A stretch of 28,421 nt of DNA from Macrostomum lignano (taxonomy: Eukaryota): the NCBI GenBank assembly GCA_002269645.1, contig NIVC01005022.1:1-28421 (forward strand), in the 5' to 3' direction. Below, piece after piece: positions 1 to 11,427 of the stretch (within the stretch, counting starts at the first letter, position 1; the number at the start of each line of letters is the position of its first letter). Below the pieces are notes generated by a model. It made no database searches, was not told the origin of the DNA, and saw nothing but the letters and a program-made list of their open reading frames with translations. The translations under genes and the position numbers were made by a program.

Positions 1-51
1 TTAACACGCAATCCTATAAGAATCGAACCCGGGCCCTTCCGGCGAGCTCAC

Positions 52-1854
52 CTGTTCAGTGCAAGCCCCGCAAAGTCTCCAGGTCGATCTGCTCCTGGGC
101 GAACTGGTCCGCCAGGTCGCCAAGTCCCAGCCGCTGCAGCACCGACTCTACAGTCTCCTCAGACTGCGGCTCCGCGTCCTCCGCTGCCGCCTCCGCCTCC
201 GCCTCCAGCGCCTGCGCAACATCGCCGTTGGCGCTGGCCGACCCGGACGACTCGATCACGTCGAAGGCGAGGACGCCGCCAAGGCCGTGACCGGCGATGG
301 AGAAGCCGCCAGAGTAGGCGGTTCCTGGCCGCGAACAGCGACGCAGGCGGCACAGCTCGGCCGCCAGCCGCGGGCGCCGCTCGGCAAGTCGGCGGGCCTC
401 CCCGGCGGCCAGCGCGTCGGCCAAGCAGCCGCCGGAGCCGCGGCACCGAGGAGGGCGTCAGGCGGGCCATCAGGCGGGCATCGATAAGCGGAGGCTGCCG
501 CCACACGGCCGGCAGGAACTCCAGCGGCCGGGCCGGTGCGGGAAGTGGCTCCGCATGAGGTCCGCGCAGGTCCGCCGGATTCGATCGGCCGCGCCAGCGG
601 GTGCTGACCGGCGCCGGCGTCGGGGACCAGCAGGATCACGTGATCGATGGGCTGCCACTCACCCTCGGGCAGGGCGCCCACCAAGTGGCCGGTGCGCGCA
701 CCGTAGGGTCCAGGGCCTGGGGACTCACCGGGGCCGGTGGCCGGCGCCACCCGGTACTGCAGCAGGTCGGCGGGGCCCTGGAATACGAAGGCCGTGTCCG
801 CCTGGCCCAGCGACGCAGGCAGGCGGATCTCCCGGCGCCAGGCGCCGGTCTCCACAGCCGAGCGGTACTGCAGCTCCAGCTGCTCGCTGGTGGCCTCATC
901 AAAGGGAGCGAGCACCCCCGAGGAGTCGGCCTCGGCCCGGCGGAACCAGGTGCAGCGGCGGATCGGCAGGTCGGGCTCCTGCCAGTAGGCCGCCCGCTTC
1001 ACCCTGGCCGGCAGCCAGGCGTCGTACCGGCCGCCGTCCACCGGCACCGGCGCCTCCGACATGGAGTTGGCGGCCTGCTCAAGGCGCTGCGAGTCGTGGC
1101 CAGTAAAGGGCATCCAGATCTTCTCCTGCCGTTGCTGGCCGGCCTCCGCCTCCGCATCCCAGTCGTCAAGCGGCTGCTCAAAGAACCAGTGCGCCTCTGG
1201 CGGCCGGTAGCCGCTGAAGAGGCCGGGCGGCGGCCCGCCGGCTGTCGGATCGGCAACTGCCGGCACCGAGGAGGCCACCGCCGACGCCGCAGCCGTTGTC
1301 TGGTAGCCGCCGGCAGCAGAGTTTGAAGAGTAGGAGACGGGCGGCGGCTGGAACCCGGATTGCTGCTGCTGCTGCTGGTAGGATGCCAGAGATGGCGGCG
1401 GAGGCTGCGCGGAAAACGCTGTTGAAGAGGCGGCTGTCGCCGGCGCCGCGGAGCCAGAGAAGGCGGCGTCGGCCGGCGGCACCCAGCGACGCTGCGGGAG
1501 GCCGCCGAAACGGACGCCACCAGTGCCGCTGGGAGGAGGCGCTGCGGGTGGCGGCGCGCCAGCGGCGGGTGGCGGCGCCGCGGCCGGCTGGCCAAGGAAG
1601 GAGTCCTCGTCCAGGGCTTCCAGCTCCTCGAAGCCGCCGCCAACGACGCTGCTGGCCGCTCCGCTGGGCAGCTCGGCGGCGGCCGCGGGCGGAGGCGGCG
1701 GCGGAGGCGGCGGCGCAGGCGGCACCAGCATGGCGGGCAGCTCAAACGCGATGCCCTGATTTGAGGCTGCGAACAGCAGCGATGGGGCGGCTGCCTGGCC
1801 GCTGGGGGTGGCGCTTCGCTCGCGACTCTGCGATGCTCGGTGATGGTCGGACAT
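52..1854 (-). CDS. SEC23IP: SEC23IP/DDHD2-family protein, large coding exon (Pro-rich N-terminus, WWE-like region, lipase-like domain, start of SAM domain); frameshifted in this assembly; gene continues left of the window
   Basis: Joined frames give HWFF..WMPFTGHDSQRLE, VDGGRYD, AYW..IRRCTWF, IDHVILLV, RSHF..GR(V)EFLPAVW, FSIAGHGLGGVLAFDVI and SAM-like SVESVLQRLGLGDLADQFAQEQIDLETL. A splice donor CAG|GTGAGC lies at 52/51. Start may be ATG 1854 or 1911. Orthology (SEC23IP vs DDHD2) is not resolved. Confidence 0.85.
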
Positions 1855-2389
1855 GCCAGCAGCGCGATCTGAGGGCCAGGTGAAGGCAGTAGTAGTTATG
1901 AGCAGTGGCACATTATGGTATCTGAAAGTAATTCATTGATTAACTTTGTTTTTTATTTTATTGCAAGATATCCAACAGTAACTTTTTAATTGCATTATAG
2001 TAAAACTACTGTGCTCTGCTATACAATGTGTAAAGCTAAACTATTGCAATTTGCCAATTTTCATCGTCTTATACTTAATTTTGATTTTTATAGGTAGAGA
2101 TTTTAACAATTTTTCAATGTTTCGTCTTTACCAAAGAGTTACATGTTATTTTTCTACTATTTAAAAATGTTTAATATTGTTTCTAGTTTTATTGAGCCAA
2201 GAGCCAATAAGCATCTAGATAACAGGTATCTAGGTATCTATGTAACAGATCTGTATATTATATTTTTATAGGAAAAGATATTATATTAGTCAAGTAAACT
2301 TGAGAAAATATGCATACTAGCAATCTATTGCCTCCTTTTATAAGGTGCCCAAAAAGCAAGAGACAAAAATATTCATATGAATCCTATTT

Positions 2390-2500
2390 GACTTGACATC
2401 TTAGCAATTGCTTTATAAGCCTGCCCATCTTAGCAACTCTCTTTAATAAGCCTTGACATCTCAACAATTCCTGCAATAAGCCTTGAATCTTAGCAAAAAT
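2390..2500. repeat. Degenerate ~29-30 bp tandem repeat, about 4 copies
   Basis: Recurring (a)taagcc(t)tgacatct(t)agcaa motif. Confidence 0.5.
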
Positions 2501-2683
2501 AGTAAGCACCCCTAGATAGCAAATAGTCTATACAAAAATTTCCTTAGATCTATAGTTCTTTGTCACAATTTCTGATCAAATGGTACAACTTTGGAGAAAA
2601 TGGTTGAACTATTTTTTTCTGAAATCAATCATAAACTGATATATAGACAAACTATTCAGTGTATAATTTAATATATAAGATAA

Positions 2684-3900
2684 TCATGGTAATAATTGAT
2701 TACACTTGCCCAAATGGGCAGATGTGCAACTGATGCACCAATTCATTATCTGAAACCAGTTGGTGAAGCATTGGGACCATTCACTTTGTCCTATGGTTGC
2801 CATGGCATCTTGATATGCTTGAACAGCCTCCTCACTGGATGAAAATTGATGCCCCTTCAGCTGACTCTTGACTTTTGGGAACAAAAAAGTCACATGGGGC
2901 CAGGTCAGGTGAGTAGGTTGGGTGTGGTAGCAATTTTACTTCAGAATTGGTCAAGAAGTCAATAGTCAAAGCAGCCATGTGTGCCAGGGTGTTGTCATGG
3001 CGCCACAGAAGACCACGGACTCCAGTTCTAGGACATCATTTGGCCTATGCGTTGAGGACTTTGGTACACAGACATTGGTATACCAATGTGGTGTCACCAT
3101 CTGCTGACTCTCGAGTGCTACTGTGGCCACATAGCCCATGAGCTGAAGAATGCTATGACCATCTTCTTTCCTGAACTCCTAGATCGGATGGCCTTCTGAG
3201 TGGCATCCTTATCAGGAAAGCACCACTGTGATGATTGACACTTTGTCTTGGTTGGAAATTGTAAATCCATGTTTCACCACCTGTTAGAATATCAAAAACA
3301 GACTACTGGATGTGTCCACTGTTGAATTTGGTGGCAGTTTCTTGCGGCTAGAATTGTCTAATTGGGAGGGTTTTGTGTGTGGGTGGGATTTTTGTGTGGA
3401 AACATTGGTGTTTCCGCTTGGAATCAGCCAAAGAAACAGCCATATTTTGTAGCGGGTGTGTCCACTGTTGAATTTGATAAGCATGAACCAACACTAATCT
3501 ACCTTGGAAGTCTTCTGGTCAGCAGTGAGGCAGTGGGGGATCCACTGGGACACCTCTTTTGCACTCAAAGGTGTTGGTATAGGATCTCATTAAGTTCCCC
3601 CAATCCAATCTCTAGGCTTGCCTCGAGCTAGCAGTAGGTGATTCAAGGATCCTCCAAGATAAGCTGCTCTGCCTCATTAATGTTTTGGTAGATAACTGCG
3701 GTTGCAAGCCTGCCACAATGGGGCTTATCTTGGAGGTGCTGCCGACTGTATCTGAATTCTGCATATTAATCAAAACTATTGTCCACAATAGTGCAGTCTT
3801 GAAAACAGCTTTGAAGCCGATTTAGTGATTCTTGGGATAATAAACCCATTTTGTAGTCATAATAAATTATGGCTCTAAAATGCTCACAAGAGAGTTCCAT
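2684..3900 (-). mobile_element. Decayed mariner (DD34D) transposase, essentially full length
   Basis: Minus strand reads MELSCEHFRAIIYYDYKMG (ATG 3900), WIPHCLTADQK, ILTGGETWIY (degraded TGDETW), WRHDN, HPTYSPDLAPCDF and LFPKVKSQLKGHQF, with many stops and frameshifts. TIRs were not identified. Confidence 0.9.
3311..3476. repeat. 20-bp direct repeat (TGTGTCCACTGTTGAATTTG) flanking a 126-bp insertion in the mariner
   Basis: Identical copies at 3311-3330 and 3457-3476. Removing one copy plus the insert rejoins KFNSG.. with ..VFDILTG. Confidence 0.85.
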
Positions 3901-6131
3901 GGCTACTGCATGTTCCTAAGTCGGGGTACAATAAAAAAATCCAAATAGCTCAAGGCAGCAAACTTGTCTATAGCTAAAATTGGAGGTATAAATTTAAAAC
4001 ATATTTTTATGCCAATAAATAAAATATTTAAACCCTAAAACAAGCCATCTTGCTCCATCTGGAAATTTTCAGAGCACCCTTCGCATTTACCCTTAATTAT
4101 CTTAGCAAAAACTAATATCTATTTTAGCTAGAAAAACTTCTAAAGCAATGAAAAGTTGTTAAGTATCTTGCTCAAGCAAGGATAAATTTTTTTCAAGTTT
4201 TGTTATATTTTCTATTTTTGCTCATTTTGTTATATTATAATAATAAGTAGAGCTAGGCTAGGCTAATGTATGATAAAAAACTCAGCTTAGTCACCAGGTT
4301 ATAATTTTCCTATTAAAGGTTTGTATAGAATATGATTGTGATCAATAGGTTAACCTCAAACTACTCTTATCAATATTTTGGTTTTTTAATCTAAATTCCA
4401 CCTTTTTTAGCTTTTAATCCTTCTAGGCTATTTTATGGACTTGTCATATTTAGCTTCAGCCTAATCTATCTAACTTTTGTATTCTTATATATGTTCTTTT
4501 AAATGCTGCATTTATACTAGTTAGCCCCAGCCTTTATTCTGCTTTTCCCTATTATCCACACTCTCTTAATGCTATATACTATTTCCCTATACTCTTCACA
4601 CATTGCAAGTCAACAGTGAGGCATTGACTGACTCACATTGTTATTAGGCCTAGTAGTAATTGTAATTCTATTAACATGTCGTAAGTGCACTTATAATATT
4701 TATTGAAGCTTCTTCAAGTTTATGTTGATAAAATACTTCCCTATAGAGTTCTACACCCCTATAGAGACAAAATTATGATCCTATCAAAATTGAAACTATT
4801 TTATCAACATAAACTTGAAGAAGTCCATTTATTGTTATCTCTTATTAGGCCTACTGCTAAAAGCCATCAAAATCATTTGAAAATGCTCAAAGAACCTAAA
4901 CTCAGAGCTGAAGTGAAGAAAGATCAAGTCAAGATTGGATTCATCTTCAAATCCAAAGCCGAAGTTGACTGGTTTAATTGCAGCTGTGATACATTTAGCT
5001 AGGCTAGAGAAAAAACACAAAGGTAAAATTGCTAAAACTTTTCTGCTGACGAAATTTTAAATGGACAAACATTTGAATGGGCAAAAAGCCTGAGTGGGGC
5101 TGTCAATCTAGCTAAACGATGACAATGTAAGTTGTTTTTTGCCGCCTTTTGGTTTCTTAGAAAATGAGCCTGCATGACGCCGCATCAGTTTTAAACCCCA
5201 GCTATTACTGTTAAACAAGTTTAACTGACCATTCTTAGGCTTTAGGGAGAACATAAAACTTTCTTACTTATTTCTTTAAGCTAGCATATTTTACTTTCCA
5301 ATAAAACTTTTTGTAGATATAACATAGTAAGAGCCGCTGCATTAAAATAACAAATCCGGCATGAAAAACTTAAGCCTAGATGGCTGAGCTAATCTGTAGA
5401 AAGAGAATGCATTTACATACATATATACCCACATGGATTTGCATGGGCGTCTCTAGAACATTTTCGAAAATGGCTGACAATAGAGAGAAATAAAAAATAA
5501 AGGTAAATTAGGCGACCAAGGTTAGATTTGATTGACAACCGTTTGCATGGGTTATGGATGTCGCGAAGAAAGTGTACAATCACGCTTCCTTTTAAACTTT
5601 TAAACTTCTAGACCTTTCAACTTTTATATTTCGATTTGTGTGTGGTAGGAATACAGCAATGTTAAGACTGTCGGCAGAGCAGCAGTTGCATATCCACTCA
5701 GTCACGGCCCAAGGGGGCATAAGGCCACGTCACTGTCACGAACGTCTATTCAGCTATGAATCAAGGACACTGTATATAGTTATATACAGGCTCCTTGCTA
5801 TGAATCCGCTAAAAAAGAAAATTTTACAAAGAGATTTTTCGAGAGGAGATTGAACACCAACTTTTCTTAGTTTTACATGTAACTTGCTGTCTCTTCTCTT
5901 CTGGTTTTAGGCTTTTAGCTAGCTGTCTCTTCAGATACAGCTCTCTTCTAGTAATCTGAAAATTGTATTTTTAACACGCATGTGATTTTATTTAAACTTT
6001 TTTTCCAAAAAATGAAAGGTCCCGTTTATGTTTAGTTATAGTGTCCTACAATATTTCGAATATTCAGGGTGAATATTTCAACTGTTCAGGGTTAAGTGTC
6101 TTGGTTGCCTCACAATGCAATTCTTTTTGCT

Positions 6132-7653
6132 TCACTCGCACGAGTTTCCCACTGGGTCGAACAGCCGGATGACCACCAGGCCGTGCTGGCCGGCGTTGCC
6201 GCCAGTGGTGCCGCTGCAGCCGCTGCCGGAGCAGAAGGAGCCGCCGCCGCCTCCTGGAGGGCCCCCGAGAAGCTGGTGGCACCTCCGCTGAAGCCGCCGC
6301 CGGCCCCGGCAACGCCCCAGTTGGGGTTCATCGTGCCGCCGCCTCCGCCGCCGCCGAACCCGCCGTCGCCGGTGTTGGAGCCGCCAGCGTCGCCGCCCAG
6401 CCAGCCCTCGGCCCGACTGCCGCCTCCGTCACCGTCGTCCGGTCCCCGCCTGGTGCACACCGGCTTCCCCAGCCAGCCGGCGCCACAGCCAGCGAGGTTC
6501 TGGTTGCCGGTCATGGCGCTGGAGTCGTGGAAGCCCGGCTGTCCGTTGCTGCCGCCGTGGCTGTTTCCGCTCGGATTCGCGACGGAGCCGTTGACGCCGG
6601 CCTCTCCGGGCAGGCCTGTTGAAATTTTGGATGCGGCTTTTACCGGCTGCGTAGCAATCTGAGATAAGCTCAAGCTGAGTGTACTCAAAGTGGAGTCCGT
6701 TTGAAGTTGGGGTATTGTCAGAAATCTGAAGCTGGTGCTGTGTTCCCTATAGACCTATGTAATTTTACTGCACTCACCATCCCTATGATAGGTCCCGGCA
6801 CCTCCACCTCCGGCTGCAGCCAGCAGCAGCTCGTCTGCCGTCTGGTACACGAAGCTGCCGCCGCTTCCGCCGCCTCCGCTGTACTTGGAGCTGGGAGGAC
6901 CGCCGGCCTGTCCGACCACGACGCTCAGCTGGGTGCCGGCCGTCAGGTTGAAGGCGCCGGACACGAAGGCGCCGCTGCCGCCAGCCTTGCCTGAGAAGGA
7001 GTTGGTGCCGCCTCTGGCGCCCGACACTTCGATCCGGTAGCAGCCGGTCGAGGGGATCGTCACGGACTGGATGGAGCCGGCACTGCCCGTGCCGCTGTCT
7101 GCAGTGAAAGAGGGCGCTGCAGATCAGATGTCAAGGTGCAGCAAATGCTCGAAGCACAGAAAATTTGAAAACATTGGCTTTTCCTCACTTCTGAGCTCAA
7201 TGGTGACGTTCAGCATCCTCTTCCTCATTAGCATCAGCTCCGTGAAGTTCTCGGCCGTCCACAGCCTGGCGCCGGGCTCGGAGCCCACGAGTCTCTGCAA
7301 GTGAGTCCCGGCCGGTCCCGGCGCCTGAGACGCGTCGTTCAGCAGCAGCAGCTGGCAGACGCGCGAGCTGGGAATGAGCGAAGCCAGCAGGCAGCCACTT
7401 GACGCCGGTCAGGTTGACGAGTTCGCTGCTGGAGGCGTTGCCGATCAGGACGGGCTCGGGGGCCAAGGTAAAACGGCCGGAACAGTCCGGACGCGAGCCT
7501 GTGAGAGTTCAATTGGGAAAGCATCGCATGCATAAGTCAAACCCACGCAAGGGTTTTAATCCAGCTCCAAGATTTACCTGACACAGCAGCGGAGCAGCAG
7601 CAAAGCATGAGGGCTATGTAGCAGATTAACAGCATCTCCAGCTGTCTCGGCAT
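6132..7653 (-). CDS. Four-exon gene for a secreted protein: signal peptide, PAN/apple-like Cys region, ALK/LTK-type glycine-rich domain
   Basis: Exons ~7653-7578 (MPRQLEMLLICYIALMLCCCSAAVS), 7498-7189, 7098-6778 and ~6658-6132, with GT-AG sites. Motifs: QSVTIPSTGCYRIEVSGARGG, FNLTAGTQLSVVVGQAGG, GGGGSGGSFV, GDGGFGGGGGG, and GGGGGSFC..GLVVIRL after a +1 repair in a G run near 6265. The PAN-like call is weak, and the phase at the last junction is unresolved. Confidence 0.8.
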
Positions 7654-8254
7654 GCTCTCTGCTAATCGCGGGCTTATTCAAGCTTTAGTCTATCAAAAAC
7701 TGTCAAATGTGTCTGTGAGTGCACGGCCGCGCCACTCGGGAATCAGAAATAGCGATAGAAATAGAGGCAGAAGTTTGACAATTTTGCACTGAGCTGTTTT
7801 TCCCCGTTGCCTGGAAACTGCCAACAGAATTGAGGGGTTTAGCAGTCTTCTATTGGCTAAGCAGGGGGCGGCAGCATTCCGGTTTGAGACTCCTCATCGC
7901 GGGCTCATCAGCCCACGCAGGAATTGTCAGGATTCCAATGCGAATACCTAAATGTGAGCACAAAGCAAGTAGGCTTAAGAAAAGTCTGTATGCGCGAGTA
8001 AAGTGCACCCGTGCACCAATTGAAAGTTTGAAGCTCGCACCCGTCCAGCAGCTGGGTTGGGCGATTTGATCACTATTAGATCACCAGCTAGATTTCAGCA
8101 GATCCCACCACTGGAGCTCCTCACCCTGTCGTGTTGGCAAAGTAGACAAAAGCTTTTACAAGATTGCTTGAACCCCAATTCATTCTATCTGTTTAAACCA
8201 AAATGGCATCAGCCCCGAAAGCCTGCAATCCAAGCTAAGATATGAGCATCCGCT

Positions 8255-8820
8255 TTGAGCATCAGAAACTTCCCTTGAGCACTGGAATCTCAGAAACTTC
8301 CCCTTGAGCACTGGAATCTCAGCAACTTCCCCTTGAGCACTAGAATCTCAGAAACTCCCCTTGAGCATTGGAATCTCAGCAACTTCCCCTTGAGCACTAG
8401 AATCTCAGAAACTTCCCTTGAGCACTGGAATCTCAGAAACTTCCCTTGAGCACTGAAATCTCAGAAACTTCCCCTTGAGCACTAGAATCTCAGAAACTTC
8501 CCTTGAGCACTGGAATCTCAGAAACTTCCCTTGAGCACTGAAATCTCAGAAACTTCCCCTTGAGCACTAGAATCTCAGAAACTTCCCTTGAGCACTGGAA
8601 TCTCAGAAACTTCCATTGAGCACTAGAATCTCAGAAACTTCCCTTGAGCACTGGAATCTCAGAAACTTCCCTTGAGCACTAGAATCTCAGAAACTTCCCT
8701 TGAGCACTGGAATCTCAGAAACTTCCCTTGAGCACTGGAATCTCAGAAACTTCCCTTGAGCACTGGAATCTCAGAAACTTCCCCTTGAGCACTGGCATCT
8801 CAGCAACCCCCCTTGAGCCC
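8255..8820. repeat. 28-29 bp minisatellite, about 19-20 copies
   Basis: Unit GAAACTTCCC(C)TTGAGCACT(G/A)GAATCTCA, period 28 (e.g. 8641 to 8669), ending in a poly-C tract. Confidence 0.95.
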
Positions 8821-9787
8821 CCCCCCCCTGAGCGAAGACTTTTATGGGCGCGAATTTTCGGCGTACCGGATCGCGGACCGAATGAATGAAAGCGGTTTTC
8901 TTATTCTCCCCACTTTGACAAAGGCGGCGGGTATTGGCATTACGAAAGAGCGTCCCTAAAGTGGGTGCAGCCATATCAAATGTGAAATCTATAAGAAGTG
9001 GTTGTCTAATGTACGCTGTATATTAGACATATAACGCCGCACATTTGGCAGGTTGAATGAAACATGCCGTAAAATTTAATTCACTATACGGACTAAAAGA
9101 GAATATAAGGGATCTATGAAAAAGCACATACCATTGTACATTGTCTTATGATACAAAAACATACGGGTACAAATGTACGTTTGAATGTCCAGTTAGTCAT
9201 TGTAAACTGTTTAACTGAGTCTAAAGCTGTCTTTGTGTACACAAAAGGCAGAGCTGAGGCAGTGAGACATGTTTTCATGAGTTCAAGTTCCCTAGCTGCT
9301 TTTTCTCAGCTCTTAGTCTTTACTCGTGCAAAGGTCAAATACTTTTCCGAATGCCGTGCGGACACGCCTGCCGGCCATGTCAGCCCAATAAATATCTTCT
9401 TGACTGCTGCGACTTCAGCTGTGTGTCCAGTTGCGACAATTCCAATCAGACAACATCGAAGGCGCGCTTCATCTGGATTCGGCAGCTCAGTTGCGCCAGC
9501 TGTCTGAGAGCGACAGGAAAACCAGAGCTGTTTCCCTGATTAAGTACTCCGCTATTCCTGTCACCGACATCGAGCTGGTGCTGCCGAATAATAACAGTTC
9601 GACGAAGAGGACCTGCGGTAACTGGCAGATAAATTCGAAGTCTAAAGCACAGCGTGTCTGAAGGACAATTTCTGAAGGACATCAGGGGTTGGAAACATTT
9701 TTTATCTTAAGGCTAGATGAAGAATCCAGTTCAGGCCGTGCGCCATGTGTGAGTGGAAAGGAGAGAGAATAGAAGCTGAGAGGCGAG

Positions 9788-10484
9788 AGTAGAAGGCATG
9801 AGGGGGCTTTTGGGACAAAATTTTTCACGTCCTCCATAATCCCATTAAATCCATCCATATTATCCCCGACAGAATCAGAAAAAAAGGGGGTCGCACTCGC
9901 TCACAAAACGTCCTCCATAATCCCATTAAATCCATCCATATTATCCTTGACAGAATCATGAAAAAGGGAGGGGCCGCACTTGCTCCGAAAACTTCGAACA
10001 TAATCCCATTAAATCCATCCATATTATCCCTGACAGAATCAGAGCAGGTGTCCACTGATACCTGTTATGCTCACTGACACAGACATAATCCACTGACATC
10101 CACCCATAGCATCTTCGAAACAATAAGAAAATAATCTGCACTCTTCTCCCCACATTCAATCCGAAGCGGCGAAACCAGATCCCAAAGACTTTAAATCATC
10201 AGCGCAGGGTCCTTACCCTTTGAAAAAAAATTAATTTCTCAATAAAAATGTTTCCAGTTGTCTCTCCAGGTTCCTATTATACTCAGCCTCATCCATTGTA
10301 CAAATCCAAGTACCAATGCAAACTAGAATGCAGCGAATACATGAGAAAATATTGTCCCGGCATTGATATCAATGTCCCTAATATTAATCAAGCACTTAAA
10401 TCTCACTGGTTTCATAAGTATGGAGTAACCTACGTAAAAGATTACGACAGCTACTATAACTTTGCTGAAGTTATAAGGCAGTTG
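9788..10484 (+). repeat. Left terminal inverted repeat (~700 bp), with three 81-83 bp subrepeats and an ORF
   Basis: Reverse complement of ~24720-25403; homology ends near the stop of the embedded ORF. Confidence 0.93.
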
Positions 10485-10487
10485 TAG
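10248..10487 (+). CDS. 79-aa TIR-encoded protein of unknown function (left copy)
   Basis: AAAAATG start; 66/79 identical to the right-TIR copy, with about 12 synonymous codon differences. Confidence 0.75.
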   Translation: MFPVVSPGSYYTQPHPLYKSKYQCKLECSEYMRKYCPGIDINVPNINQALKSHWFHKYGVTYVKDYDSYYNFAEVIRQL

Positions 10488-10548
10488 TAGACAACTACAA
10501 GGTTGTACCTGGCGGCTTATATCCTAATTTTACAAGTCTGAAGACGAC

Positions 10549-11406
10549 TCACATTCTCTCAATAATAATTGTTAACACAAACTCTTCCCCGTTAAAATCG
10601 ACACCAACTCCATCCTCTGTTTCAAACAGCAGAACGATTTCATGTATCTCCCTATTACTCAGAATCACTCTTTTCACAGGGTTTGGCTTTTGCACAAGCA
10701 TTTTGCCACCAGCAACAGAGTTTGAAATGTTAAAAAGTATGTTGGTTCGTTTGCCTTTGAATATCCAATCATGGCTCAGATTGCTACGAATTAATATATT
10801 CAAACCTTTGACAATGTCAGCGATATTTGGCGCCAAGTACATACCGGATATTAGCCGGGACACAGCAACAGTGCCAGGCGCCTGCAGCGGGCTTTGGTCT
10901 GTGGCGCCACCATAAACTCTCTTTTCAAATCCCAACTCGCGATACCAAGTGCCATCTTTAAACTCTACCTCTGCGTCCTTATGAACTTGCAAGATAACTC
11001 TCATGACAGTTAGATCATAAGTTAATCTAACAGGGAACAGTTTATTTTCTGGTTTGCTTTCATCCGGTATCTCAAAATGCTTTCGTTTAGTGAAGACATT
11101 CTCCAAGAAGTAATTATAAGTATCCACGCTCTGTGTGCTGACAGGAAATATCACAACCTCTGTTGTAGTACGCTTCCATTTGTAATAAAACTTGTTATTT
11201 TCCGTTGTCACATTGGGAACATTTGACCACCCAGTGAAATCATTGAGATAGACGTGGTAATTCGCCTCGGGATCCAAACGAAGTGGTTGCTCCAATTTTT
11301 GAATGAAGATTCCGTTTGACTCAGTAATGCGACCCGCTACAGTGATTGGAATGCTCTCCTTAGAGTGTGAAACAATGTTGTTCAGTCTTTCGGCTATGGC
11401 TTCCAT
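10549..11406 (-). CDS. Minor capsid (penton-like, single jelly-roll) protein
   Basis: Intact 285-aa ORF next to the MCP. Pattern LEQPLRLD..YHVYLNDF.GWSNVPNV...NNKFYY and C-terminal IHEIVLLFETEDG..VDFNGE match Polinton/adintovirus pentons. Confidence 0.8.
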   Translation of the reverse strand: MEAIAERLNNIVSHSKESIPITVAGRITESNGIFIQKLEQPLRLDPEANYHVYLNDFTGWSNVPNVTTENNKFYYKWKRTTTEVVIFPVSTQSVDTYNYFLENVFTKRKHFEIPDESKPENKLFPVRLTYDLTVMRVILQVHKDAEVEFKDGTWYRELGFEKRVYGGATDQSPLQAPGTVAVSRLISGMYLAPNIADIVKGLNILIRSNLSHDWIFKGKRTNILFNISNSVAGGKMLVQKPNPVKRVILSNREIHEIVLLFETEDGVGVDFNGEEFVLTIIIERM

Positions 11407-11427
11407 TTTTTTATTGAAAAAAATTAT

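Noticed and set aside
15-45. GGGTTCGATTC on the minus strand, resembling a tRNA T-arm
   Set aside because: No matching stem, D-arm or anticodon arm; it lies at the start of an intron.
59-1883. Many overlapping plus-strand and alternative-frame ORFs (e.g. 601-1326, 555-1106, 1296-1883)
   Set aside because: Shadow ORFs of the GC-rich SEC23IP-like exon.
4703-5020. 99-aa ORF and its antisense partner
   Set aside because: No recognisable motif or splice context; possibly a TE remnant but unsupported.
6096-6662. 188-aa Pro-rich plus-strand ORF
   Set aside because: Antisense of the Gly-rich exon.
8255-8820. Possible CRISPR array
   Set aside because: Head-to-tail repeats with no unique spacers, in a eukaryotic context.
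9148-9682. Short, partly Cys-rich ORFs next to the left TIR
   Set aside because: Several competing frames, no family motif and no clear gene structure.
9782-9787. Target-site duplication
   Set aside because: GGCGAG does not match ATCCAG at 25404-25409, and shifting the termini gave no match.
9825-10159. ORFs over TIR subrepeats (also 25021-25522)
   Set aside because: Translations of the repeat units; one runs across the element boundary.
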